This document shows positions 1 to 9,241 of a stretch of 64,000 bases of DNA, piece by piece. The notes below the pieces were generated by a model. It did no database searches. It saw only the letters and a program-made list of their open reading frames with translations, and was not told where the DNA came from. Each line of letters begins with the position of its first letter. Position 1 is the first letter of the stretch. The DNA lies in NCBI GenBank assembly GCA_963664195.1, contig OY760907.1, positions 2,688,001 through 2,752,000 on the forward strand, written 5' to 3'. Made by a program: the position numbers and the translations under genes. This DNA is from an uncultured candidate division Zixibacteria bacterium. Its GTDB lineage: Bacteria > Zixibacteria > MSB-5A5 > GN15 > FEB-12.

Positions 1-3000
1 AAAGGCTGCTTTCGCTGGTAGTGGTCCTGGCACTAGGGGCCCTCTTACTGCCACTCGAATCTTTTGCTGCGTCGACCGGACAAATCAAGGGACGTCTTAC
101 CGACAGAGATTCTGGCGAACCGGTGATCGGTGCGACCGTGATGGTGGTCGGCACGTCAAATGGAGCTATGAGTGACCTGGATGGTAATTTCGCCATTCTG
201 CGCTTGGAGCCGGGCGTGTACACGGTGAAGATCTCCAGTGTGGAGTACCGGACTGTCGAAGTGACGGATGTCGACGTGAAGATTGATGAAACCTTCGAGG
301 TTAATCAGAAACTGGACAAAGCGATTACTGAGCTTGAAGAAGTCATCACGGTTATTGGGCAGGCGCCCATTATCGACAAATTCGTTACCACTTCTCAGGT
401 CTCTATCAGCCAGGATGAGATTAAGAGCCTTCCGGTCGCTACCGTTGACAACCTTCTCGATAAGGTGGCTGGCGTACAGACTACTGCCGAGGGTGAAGTG
501 TTCATCCGTGGCGGTCGTGCCGGTGAGGTCGCGTACATCGTTGATGGTGTGCCGCTCGGCGACCCGATTGGCGGCTCCAGCATCGGCGCCAGTCTCTCGC
601 TCGTGTCGGGATCGATTTCTGAGATCCAGATTATCAAAGACGGCTTTGACCCGGAGTACGGTAATGCCCTCTCGGGTGTCATCAATATTCGAAATTTGAC
701 CGGCAACAAGGACAACACTGTCCTTAACCTCAAGTATATTACCGACGACCTCGGAAATCGGGATATGAACAAGTACTCCCGAAATCAGGACAACCTCGTC
801 TTCTCCCTGTCGGGACCGGATCCGATCCTGAGTTCACGAATCCTGCCGGCACTGGGTATCACCCTTCTCAAGGACCAGGAGTTTACGTATTACCTGTATT
901 TTGAGATGGACAAAAACGACGGGTTCCACAAGTGGTCCGACTACGATACACAGGAAACCAAGGCGGACGCCGCTTCGTACAATATCCTCGGTTTTGAGCT
1001 TCCCGAGCGTGCCTGGAATCAGTACAACGTCCAGTTCAATACGAAATTCAGACCGAAACAGAACCTGAAGTTTGTCGCTTCTTACAAACGCTGGTACACC
1101 AAGGCGCAACCGTTCGATTGGAGATACCGGTATTCTGCCGCTACCGCGCCTGTTATCAAGCAGGACCGCGAGGCGTTTTCTTTGGAAGTTACCCACGCTG
1201 TTTCCAAGGACATGAACTACGAAATGATCGTCTCCATGACGGATCTTGAGTATACCGAGGCCCCGGGTGATCCAATCCACCCCGGAAAAACCGTGGAACC
1301 GGATGACTTTGATCTGGATAGCCAGGTGGAATCGTTCCAGGACAAAAACGGCAACGGTGTGTACGACGCCCCGGAGCCGATTATTAACCTGTACCCGGAT
1401 ACTGCCTCCTACGGCACCAATTTCACCGGCCCGGGATATACTTACGGTGAAGGACAGACGGTAGGTCTCGACAGCCATGGCAACATCGTTTGGTTCAATT
1501 TCAATAACAACGGCATCATAGATTATATAGAAGGGGAACCGTACCTTGATCTCAACGGCAACGGTGTCTGGGACGAGGGCGACGATCTAAACGACAAGAA
1601 CGGCAACGGAATCCTTGACCGGGTTGATATGATCAATAATGTTACTCTGGAACCGTTTGTCGACGGTGACCTGGTCCTCGGCGAACCATTCTATGATCTT
1701 AATTTCAACGGCGTGTATGATGAAGGCGTTGATGAATTCTATATTGACGTTGCTGGCCGTAACCAGGACCTGAACCACAACGGTCAGCACGATGGCCCGG
1801 AAGACGGTTGGAGCCCCGGCGTGCCGTTCATGGATCGCAATGGCAACGGCATCTATGACGCACCGAACAATCGCTATGACGTTGGCGAAGCTTATACCGA
1901 CTTAAACGGCAACGGCGTATGCGACCGCACTCCGGTTTCATTCCTGGACCCGGGCAGTTTCGATGAAGACGCTGACTGGACAGATTATCATGTGCGGACT
2001 TACCGCGGTGAATTCAAGGTTGTCCGCCAGATGGGGCGTCATGAAGTGAAGTCCGGCGTCTTTTTCCAGCGGGACGAAGTGGACTACGGTCATATTGAAC
2101 AGCCGTACATGCAGTACACCGGTCGCCCGGACACCACCAACGCCTATGTCGGCCGTGGCGCGTTCCGCGATTTCTACGCCTACAAACCGTTCTCCGGCGC
2201 GGTCTATTTCCGCGACAAGATCGAGTACGGTTCAATGATTGCCTCTCTCGGCCTTCGGTGGGATTTCTTCCTGCAGGATGTCAACGAGCTGGCTGCCACG
2301 CTTCGCCAGGATGACCGTGGTGGTCTCGTTGAGGGTGATCGTCACAAATTCTCGCCCCGTATCGGATTTTCTTACCCGATCTCGGATAAGGCAAAAGTGT
2401 ATTTCAACTACGGTCACTTCTTCCAGTTGCCGGGCTTTGCCCGCATGTACGCCAGAAACACCGTTTCGGCCAACCAGGCTGACGTGCTCGGCAACCCGAA
2501 CCTGACCTATGAAAAGACCATTCAGTATTCCTTTGGGGTCAAGTATGCGATGTCTGAAAGCTACTCTGTCGATGTCGAGGGATACTTCAAGGACGAGTTT
2601 GACAAGATCAACAGCGGCGTAATCTACGGTGATTACTTGCAAAGACAGCAGTTCCTGAACAAGGACTACGGTCGCAGCCGCGGCTTTGAGATAACACTCG
2701 AAAAACGCGGTGGCGGATACGTGAACGGATCACTCAGTTACACGTACGCCTACGCCTACGGCAAAGCCTCCAAGACCAACGAGCAGTTCCAGAATGACCT
2801 GGTGCTCTCTCGCGAGCCGCTTACCGAGTCACCGCTTGATCACGATATCAGGCATAGCGTGCAGGCTGGCGTACAGGTCTACATGCCGAATAACGTCAAG
2901 CCGAGATTGTTTGGCATACCGATCCCGAACGGATGGTCCTTGTCACTCGAATCCATTGTTCGTAGCGGCAAGCCGTTCACTCCGGATGCGAAGTACCCAT

Positions 3001-3302
3001 ACATTTCACAGTCGGGAACTGAGGATATCGAGACGAACTCGCTGAGGTATCCTGGAACGGCCGTGTTTGATGCTCGCTTCTCGAAGGAATTCAAGCTCGT
3101 GGATCTGGATTGGCAGTTCATTGTGTGGGTTGAAAACATATTCGACTCTAAGAACGTCACAGGCATCTATACGAATACCGGACGTCCGGACACTAGACAG
3201 TTGCAGTATGGTGTTGTAGAGGCCGGTACGCCTTACGATCTGAACCCGGACAACTGGGATTACGGTCGTCAGATTCGCCTCGGTATTGAGGTTAGCATTT
3301 AG
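1..3302 (+). CDS. TonB-dependent receptor: N-terminal carboxypeptidase-regulatory-like domain, plug, beta-barrel with inserted DxNGNG repeats; probably 5'-truncated by the window edge
   Basis: Signal peptide; GQIKGRLTD..GATV..DLDGNF N-domain; plug motifs FIRGGR..YIVDG and GFDPEYGNALSGVINI; barrel end GRQIRLGIEVSI. The frame is open upstream of the GTG at 21. Confidence 0.9.
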   Translation, partial: RLLSLVVVLALGALLLPLESFAASTGQIKGRLTDRDSGEPVIGATVMVVGTSNGAMSDLDGNFAILRLEPGVYTVKISSVEYRTVEVTDVDVKIDETFEVNQKLDKAITELEEVITVIGQAPIIDKFVTTSQVSISQDEIKSLPVATVDNLLDKVAGVQTTAEGEVFIRGGRAGEVAYIVDGVPLGDPIGGSSIGASLSLVSGSISEIQIIKDGFDPEYGNALSGVINIRNLTGNKDNTVLNLKYITDDLGNRDMNKYSRNQDNLVFSLSGPDPILSSRILPALGITLLKDQEFTYYLYFEMDKNDGFHKWSDYDTQETKADAASYNILGFELPERAWNQYNVQFNTKFRPKQNLKFVASYKRWYTKAQPFDWRYRYSAATAPVIKQDREAFSLEVTHAVSKDMNYEMIVSMTDLEYTEAPGDPIHPGKTVEPDDFDLDSQVESFQDKNGNGVYDAPEPIINLYPDTASYGTNFTGPGYTYGEGQTVGLDSHGNIVWFNFNNNGIIDYIEGEPYLDLNGNGVWDEGDDLNDKNGNGILDRVDMINNVTLEPFVDGDLVLGEPFYDLNFNGVYDEGVDEFYIDVAGRNQDLNHNGQHDGPEDGWSPGVPFMDRNGNGIYDAPNNRYDVGEAYTDLNGNGVCDRTPVSFLDPGSFDEDADWTDYHVRTYRGEFKVVRQMGRHEVKSGVFFQRDEVDYGHIEQPYMQYTGRPDTTNAYVGRGAFRDFYAYKPFSGAVYFRDKIEYGSMIASLGLRWDFFLQDVNELAATLRQDDRGGLVEGDRHKFSPRIGFSYPISDKAKVYFNYGHFFQLPGFARMYARNTVSANQADVLGNPNLTYEKTIQYSFGVKYAMSESYSVDVEGYFKDEFDKINSGVIYGDYLQRQQFLNKDYGRSRGFEITLEKRGGGYVNGSLSYTYAYAYGKASKTNEQFQNDLVLSREPLTESPLDHDIRHSVQAGVQVYMPNNVKPRLFGIPIPNGWSLSLESIVRSGKPFTPDAKYPYISQSGTEDIETNSLRYPGTAVFDARFSKEFKLVDLDWQFIVWVENIFDSKNVTGIYTNTGRPDTRQLQYGVVEAGTPYDLNPDNWDYGRQIRLGIEVSI

Positions 3303-3330
3303 TTGAAGATAGCTGCGGGAGATAGTCCTT

Positions 3331-4344
3331 ATGAATATATATGAGGTAAAGATGTTTAGTGAGCATAGTCGGCGCTCCTGGCAAGACAGGCCCGGACACG
3401 CCCTGGTGCTGATGGCTTCACTGGTGATTGCCTGCCTTCTGATTCTCAGCACGCCTGCGGATGTTTCCGCTCAGGCTAAGGTCGGTACTACCGGTGCCCA
3501 GTTCCTTGAACTTGGCGTGTCGGCACGTTCGATGGGTATGGGCGGAGCCTACACCGCCGTTACCAACGACGTATCGGCAGTCTATTACAACCCGGCCGCG
3601 CTGACCTCAATCCTGGGGCGTGAAGTGATGGCTACGTACATTGATATGCCGGCCGACGTCCAGTACGGATTCGCCGCTGTCGGAATGCCGCTGGAGTCAA
3701 TCGGTGGTGTTCTTGGTATTGGTGTGTACGCCCTGACTTCCGGGGAGATGATTGAGCGCACGTACAATAACGGAACTGGCGACGGTACCGGGCGGACGTT
3801 TTCCTACAACGATCTTGCGCTCTCAGTCGGCTATGGCCGCTACCTGACAGATCGCTTCTCGATTGGATTCACGGTTCGCTATATCGGTGAATATGCTCAC
3901 GATTACACGGCCAACGGTTGGTCGGCCGACGTGGGTGTTGACTATAACACCGGGTATCGCGCGTTCCGACTCTCGATGGCTATCACGAACTTCGGACCGG
4001 ACCTTACCTTCATTGCCGATGAGTACCCGCTGCCGATCAACTTCAAGTTCGGTGGCTCGATCAACGTTGTCGATGGACTCGATCATGTGATCAAGCTCGC
4101 TGCGGAAGGTTCTCACCCGTCAGACAACCTCGAGAAGTATAACGCCGGTATGGAGTACGTCTTCAAAGAGATGTTTTCCCTGAGAATTGGCAGTCGCTTC
4201 AATTACGATGCCGACGGCATCACCGCTGGCGGGGGCATTCGCCTTCCGTACGGTGAGGATGGCGAGATGCGATTTGACTACGCATATCAGGATTTTGGCA
4301 TCCTGACAGAAGTTCACCGTTTCACTATGTCGTTGGCTTTTTAA
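3331..4344 (+). CDS. PorV/PorQ family (UPF0164-like) outer-membrane beta-barrel protein
   Basis: GAQFLELGVSARSMGMGGAY..D..AVYYNPA signature; ends DYAY..HRFTMSLAF (terminal Phe). Start may be 3352. Confidence 0.85.
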   Translation: MNIYEVKMFSEHSRRSWQDRPGHALVLMASLVIACLLILSTPADVSAQAKVGTTGAQFLELGVSARSMGMGGAYTAVTNDVSAVYYNPAALTSILGREVMATYIDMPADVQYGFAAVGMPLESIGGVLGIGVYALTSGEMIERTYNNGTGDGTGRTFSYNDLALSVGYGRYLTDRFSIGFTVRYIGEYAHDYTANGWSADVGVDYNTGYRAFRLSMAITNFGPDLTFIADEYPLPINFKFGGSINVVDGLDHVIKLAAEGSHPSDNLEKYNAGMEYVFKEMFSLRIGSRFNYDADGITAGGGIRLPYGEDGEMRFDYAYQDFGILTEVHRFTMSLAF

Positions 4345-4364
4345 GGGGAGAAGGCGAATAGAAA

Positions 4365-6587
4365 ATGAATACCATGCGTAAAATTCCGATTATTCTGTTA
4401 CTTGGCTCCCTTGCCCTCGGGGCGATCTCTCTTTTTCTTGGCGCTGGATGCACGTCGAAACTCGACGGCACCGAGATCGAAAATCAGCGACCTTTGATCT
4501 GGTTCGTTAACGTTCCCCCCGAAAACAGCCAGTCCTCGGTTAATCCGATTGTGAATTGGGTCGGTCGTGACGTCGACGGTCAGATTGATTTCTACCGCTA
4601 TATGGTCGTCCGCGAGGACCGAATTGCCGCGCAGGTGAGCGGTGTGTATGATCCCGTCACAGGATTGACCGCCAGCCAGATGAGCGAATACTTGAGCGGC
4701 GGTATCCAGAGTGTGCCCGACACAGGTTGGACATATCTTTATGTCGAGCCGGAGGAAGCCGATCCCAAGACCAATGAGGTCGTGCCCATGGAGGCCGAGA
4801 TCAACAATCCGGTACTCCTTCTCGTCCCCCAGTTTGTGTTTATCCAGGCCTTTGACGAGAGGGGACTCGGCTCCGACATTGCATACCGACGTTTCTTCAG
4901 GAACGACAACCCGCCGGAAACGAGTATCGGCGGTTTCAATCTCAACGTTCAGTATATCAATGCACCAGAACCGATGGGTGTGCCTCTGACAGGAGTGAGA
5001 CTTGAATGGTCAGGCTCCGACCGCATTGATCATCCGGCCGAAGCGCCACCGTTTGAATTCGAGTGGAAGTGTTTTGGCCCGTATGACGATGCTACATGGG
5101 AAGCCATCCAGGAAGACTTCATGGCGCCAGTCTTTGTCACCAATGACGCCCAGGTATTCCGTTTTGGTGTGACTGACCCGACATATCCTGACGGCTTTAG
5201 CCGCTATATTGTCTGCGATACAAGTTACGTCAACGGACATGACTCGATCGAGTGTGAAACGCTGATCGTTGACACGCTCACAACGGACAATATCTACGGT
5301 CATCTCGACACGATCTTTGCAGTTCACGACTCGGCGTTCGTCAACAATTCTGATTTCTATCGCGTCGCTGACAGCTCAGACGATGGACTAGGCGGCGTCT
5401 GGGTGACCGATACGAAGGATTCCCTGTGGAACCTGTTCCGCAACGAGCCTTCAGATACGTCGATTGAAATGAACATGGTCTTCTGGGTGCGTGCTCGTGA
5501 TGATGCGCTCGTCCCTGATCTGACTCCGGCATATCGTCCGCTGCGCGTGATCAATCCGCTCCACGAGCGTGATGTTTTTGTGTTGGATATGGCAAAGCCG
5601 TTCGCAGAAAACCGCGGCATTTTGGATACTGCGAAGGCCTACTGGCAGGATGTGATCGCGAAGTGGGGGGCCACGAGACCAGGTGACAATATCCGTTATG
5701 ACTCTGCCGATTTCTTGCAAGAGGGGAAGGTTACGGATACGCTGGCTCTGTTGAGACAGCTTCTCAGCCACAAGATTGCAATCATTATTAGCGATGATGG
5801 CAAGGCAGGCCTCTGGTCAGCGGCGAATCTGGGACAGATTCGCAAGGTTGCGAGTGTATACACGGCGCTTCAGACTGGTGTGAACGTCTGGGTGGCTGCT
5901 CGAAGCCCTTTTACAGGCTCCGAAAACGTTCTGATGCCAACATACACCGATGCCAGCCCACTGTACCAGTACCACTTCGGTGTACAGAGGGTTGCCTACA
6001 CTTCATGGGTAAACCTCAAGCGAAACGGCGATGGTGTCGATCCACGAGTCCATATTGAGGACTTCCAGGGCGGCTTGTCGATGAATACAGCCCTGTGGCC
6101 GGATATCACCATCGACTCTGCTTTGCTCCATCGACGCTACACGTACGCGTATGATGCTCTTCCCGGAGGAACAGTCGAGTGGAGAGAAGACCAGCCGTAT
6201 CTTGGTGAGGTCGACTGGATGGTTAGGAGCACGGACACTGACGTGATGTTTCTGTACAATTCGGCCTACGGTCAGAATCACCCGCGCGGAGATCAGTACT
6301 CGTTCCACGGTCGCCCGGTGGCGGTCCGGTTGAACAGAGGCTTGTTCCGCACGGTGAGTTGGCTGTTTACACCGATGGCCTTTGACACGTTGACAATGCA
6401 ACCGGTGGTCAACGAGGTCCTCGACTGGCTATACGACGGACGTTACATCTTCAACCAGGGCACGGGCAAACTGACCGGCGCTCAGGGTGCTTCGGAGTCG
6501 TACGACAACGAATTTGCTCGTAGATACAGAGAGGCGCATGCTACCGCTCGTACCACCGACGAGTTCTACGAAATGTTGATGGACTAG
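4365..6587 (+). CDS. Large hypothetical lipoprotein with Ig/FN3-like modules
   Basis: Lipobox LGAGC; two W.G.D..D...F.(V/I).A.D beta-sandwich-like repeats; SD GGGGAG/AAGG upstream. Confidence 0.7.
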   Translation: MNTMRKIPIILLLGSLALGAISLFLGAGCTSKLDGTEIENQRPLIWFVNVPPENSQSSVNPIVNWVGRDVDGQIDFYRYMVVREDRIAAQVSGVYDPVTGLTASQMSEYLSGGIQSVPDTGWTYLYVEPEEADPKTNEVVPMEAEINNPVLLLVPQFVFIQAFDERGLGSDIAYRRFFRNDNPPETSIGGFNLNVQYINAPEPMGVPLTGVRLEWSGSDRIDHPAEAPPFEFEWKCFGPYDDATWEAIQEDFMAPVFVTNDAQVFRFGVTDPTYPDGFSRYIVCDTSYVNGHDSIECETLIVDTLTTDNIYGHLDTIFAVHDSAFVNNSDFYRVADSSDDGLGGVWVTDTKDSLWNLFRNEPSDTSIEMNMVFWVRARDDALVPDLTPAYRPLRVINPLHERDVFVLDMAKPFAENRGILDTAKAYWQDVIAKWGATRPGDNIRYDSADFLQEGKVTDTLALLRQLLSHKIAIIISDDGKAGLWSAANLGQIRKVASVYTALQTGVNVWVAARSPFTGSENVLMPTYTDASPLYQYHFGVQRVAYTSWVNLKRNGDGVDPRVHIEDFQGGLSMNTALWPDITIDSALLHRRYTYAYDALPGGTVEWREDQPYLGEVDWMVRSTDTDVMFLYNSAYGQNHPRGDQYSFHGRPVAVRLNRGLFRTVSWLFTPMAFDTLTMQPVVNEVLDWLYDGRYIFNQGTGKLTGAQGASESYDNEFARRYREAHATARTTDEFYEMLMD

Positions 6588-6651
6588 CAGTCTGCTGACT
6601 GACTGATGTCGAAACTGCAGGAGTTTCGACCTACAATTCTGAGAATAGAAG

Positions 6652-6680
6652 AGGGACCGGATTCTCCGGTCCCTTCTTTT
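6652..6680 (+). terminator. Rho-independent terminator
   Basis: AGGGACCGGA-TTC-TCCGGTCCCT followed by TCTTTT; a second hairpin GTCGAAACT/AGTTTCGAC lies at 6608-6630. Confidence 0.8.
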
Positions 6681-6784
6681 GTGGGTGAGAATTGACGAAT
6701 CATCTATGTCTCATAGACTTACGTCTTGTCAGGCCAAGCATCGCCATGAATGACTATCTCAAACTCTCCATGCCTGAGAATAGC

Positions 6785-8965
6785 CTACCGTCCCAAGCGC
6801 TCAAGCAGTTTCCTCACTAACGGATGATTCGGGAACCTGCCGGCCGCGAGGTCCATCGTCCGCTCTGCCTCTGCCTGCCGACCGCTCGAAACATACGCCG
6901 CTACGAGATTCACGTAGGCCTCAGCCAGAGACGAATCAGCATCAATTGCCCGACCGCAATAATCGATCGCAAGTTCGAGGTCGCCCCGCACCCCGCTGAG
7001 GAAGCCGAGTTGGTAGTATGTGCGCGCGCGTTCACGTGTCATTGAGCCCCGGTCATGGCGGAAATCCCGGCCGAATGCCTGGTCATCGGTTTCGATAGGC
7101 GGGGGAGAGGCCGACAATCCCTGTAGCAGAAACCCGTGCGCGACAGCGTACAGGCCGCGCCCGGCGCACGCTGTGGCAGCTTCATTGAGAACCTGCAAAT
7201 CGCTCCCTGTCCGAACAACCGCCGCCTCCGCAACAGAGGCCAATTCTTCGTCGGTTGTACCGGTATCTGCAGCGCATGCCCGAAGGAGGGCGAGACTGGA
7301 TGGAACGTCGTAAGGGGACAGCGCGATGGCTTTCCGTATCCACTCCTGCGCCTGTCGATACTCGCCGTTTACCAGTTTCAGCGATGCGAGATTCTGATAC
7401 GCTTTGTGACGCTGAGGATTGTGCGTGATCTCCCGTCGGTAGTACACTTCTGCCGAGTCACCAATCCCCATTCGGAAGAAGCAGGATCCCACATTTAGAT
7501 TGGCCTCGGGCAGTGTGCTGTCAGAACGAAGCACCTCTCTAAACTGCTCGAGGGCCGCTCTGTATTCCTGCTGCCCAAAGAGATGCAGGCCGCGACTCAC
7601 AAGATGATCCGTGCTCACAGCCCGAGGAGGTCTGACCGGGGAGCAAAATGAGAACGCTGCCGCGGTGACTGCAGCGGCCAGACCGATAAGTATCGAACGC
7701 TTTTTCTCTCGTATCCCCCGCAGCAGGCACAACCCACCTCCGGCGGCCGCCACGAGATAAAACGGCATCAGCGGTAACCTGAATCTGCTGTTGTAGAAGA
7801 ACAGCGAGACCGCCGCAATGTACAACAGTATCAAAATCAGCACAAACAGCAGCCCTCTGTTCCGCTTGATGCCAAACACGAAACCCATGACGGCAAAGGG
7901 AAGGATTATCCCGAACGACAGCGGATTATATTTGAGAACCGTAATCCTTTGGAAGAACGGGGTGAGAGACCGATTGTTGGATATTTCGCGATTGTCGAAT
8001 TGGAACAGGGCCTTGGTTGCGTACAATTCAGCGAATCGACCAGGGTCCGACCACACCCAATCAACAGCTTTGCCCCGCCAGTATGTCGACACCTCTCCCG
8101 GTTTCAGTTGGCGAGCAAGATCGTCTTCCGCTACCTTCTCGACCTGCCTGAGCTGCCAATTGCGTCCCATCGGTTCGGGCAGCGCGGCCGTGAAGCCATC
8201 CGCCTCAGCGTTGTTGCCTATGTACAAGTTTACTCCGGCCTGCGACGACACCAGGACCGGATCATGCGCGACGGCCAGATTTCTGGCGAACACCGGTCCC
8301 ACAAACAACGCCAGCCCGATCACAAACGGGATTGCCTGACGCAAGTAGCCATTGCGCCGGCAAGCCCAGATCATCGCGAGCAGCACCACCGGCACCGCCA
8401 CCAGTACGGTCGGTCGCGTAATCGCCGCCAGCGAGCAGGCCAGACCGACATAGAAAATGTCCCGGGGGTCTTCTGATTCCAGCCAGACGAGGAACCGGTA
8501 GACGGTGATCTGAACCAGCAACATGAACAGCGAATCCAGCAGCAATTCCGACTCGAAGTAGATCAGCACGGGGTAGAGGGCGTGCAGTCCGGCAGCGAGG
8601 AGTCCGGCTCGTCGATTGAACAGGAGCTGTCCCAACAAAAAGGTCAGCCAGACCGAAGCCAATCCTGCTACCGTTCCGAACAACCTTGCGGCCAGGAGCG
8701 AATCTCCGAAAACCGCCTTGATAGCTGCCAGACAGAAGACGTAAAACGGTGCCCGGAAGTAAGTTGTATCACCGAGAAGGTTGCCGTCGACTATCGTCTG
8801 TGCCCAGTTCCAGTGATACCAGTTGTCGACTGTCAATTGTATCCAATCGGGCAGAAACCAGTACTCAAAAAGATAGTCTGCCCGTACCGCCGCGGCGATC
8901 AGAATCACAATCAGCAGCGGGTAGCCGGAGGGCTTAATGAGTTTTTGCCGGGAAGTAGACATCAT
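6785..8965 (-). CDS. GT-C (ArnT/PMT-like) membrane glycosyltransferase with C-terminal TPR repeats
   Basis: Multi-TM N-terminal region with D..Y..WA, RAPFY and ITRP motifs; TPR-like repeats (AYQNLA, AEAYVNLV) at the C-terminus. Confidence 0.8.
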   Translation of the reverse strand: MMSTSRQKLIKPSGYPLLIVILIAAAVRADYLFEYWFLPDWIQLTVDNWYHWNWAQTIVDGNLLGDTTYFRAPFYVFCLAAIKAVFGDSLLAARLFGTVAGLASVWLTFLLGQLLFNRRAGLLAAGLHALYPVLIYFESELLLDSLFMLLVQITVYRFLVWLESEDPRDIFYVGLACSLAAITRPTVLVAVPVVLLAMIWACRRNGYLRQAIPFVIGLALFVGPVFARNLAVAHDPVLVSSQAGVNLYIGNNAEADGFTAALPEPMGRNWQLRQVEKVAEDDLARQLKPGEVSTYWRGKAVDWVWSDPGRFAELYATKALFQFDNREISNNRSLTPFFQRITVLKYNPLSFGIILPFAVMGFVFGIKRNRGLLFVLILILLYIAAVSLFFYNSRFRLPLMPFYLVAAAGGGLCLLRGIREKKRSILIGLAAAVTAAAFSFCSPVRPPRAVSTDHLVSRGLHLFGQQEYRAALEQFREVLRSDSTLPEANLNVGSCFFRMGIGDSAEVYYRREITHNPQRHKAYQNLASLKLVNGEYRQAQEWIRKAIALSPYDVPSSLALLRACAADTGTTDEELASVAEAAVVRTGSDLQVLNEAATACAGRGLYAVAHGFLLQGLSASPPPIETDDQAFGRDFRHDRGSMTRERARTYYQLGFLSGVRGDLELAIDYCGRAIDADSSLAEAYVNLVAAYVSSGRQAEAERTMDLAAGRFPNHPLVRKLLERLGR

Positions 8966-9241
8966 TGCAATATAATGTTGTCGTTCTGTTTTCTCTTCTA
9001 AAAATTGCAGTCTGCTTCACAATTGCAGGAGTCGTTTTACGCATGTTTTGCAGTATATGCAATCTTCTGCGCGGGCGGAAATACTTTCCGGGAGTCGGGC
9101 TCACGTCGTAAGTTATTGTTATATCAGTTGTTAATCGGCGTTTGTCTGCTCGTTGCGCATTGTGATGCATGGGTAGTTCTAGAGTCTCTTCCGGCATCTC
9201 CTTTGCAGTAACCCATCCCGGAACGTACAGAAGGAGATACG

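Noticed and set aside
8966..9241. Possible structured RNA upstream of the S8 protease (ATGGGT/ACCCAT pairing)
   Set aside because: Stems are short and match no family I recognise; insufficient support.
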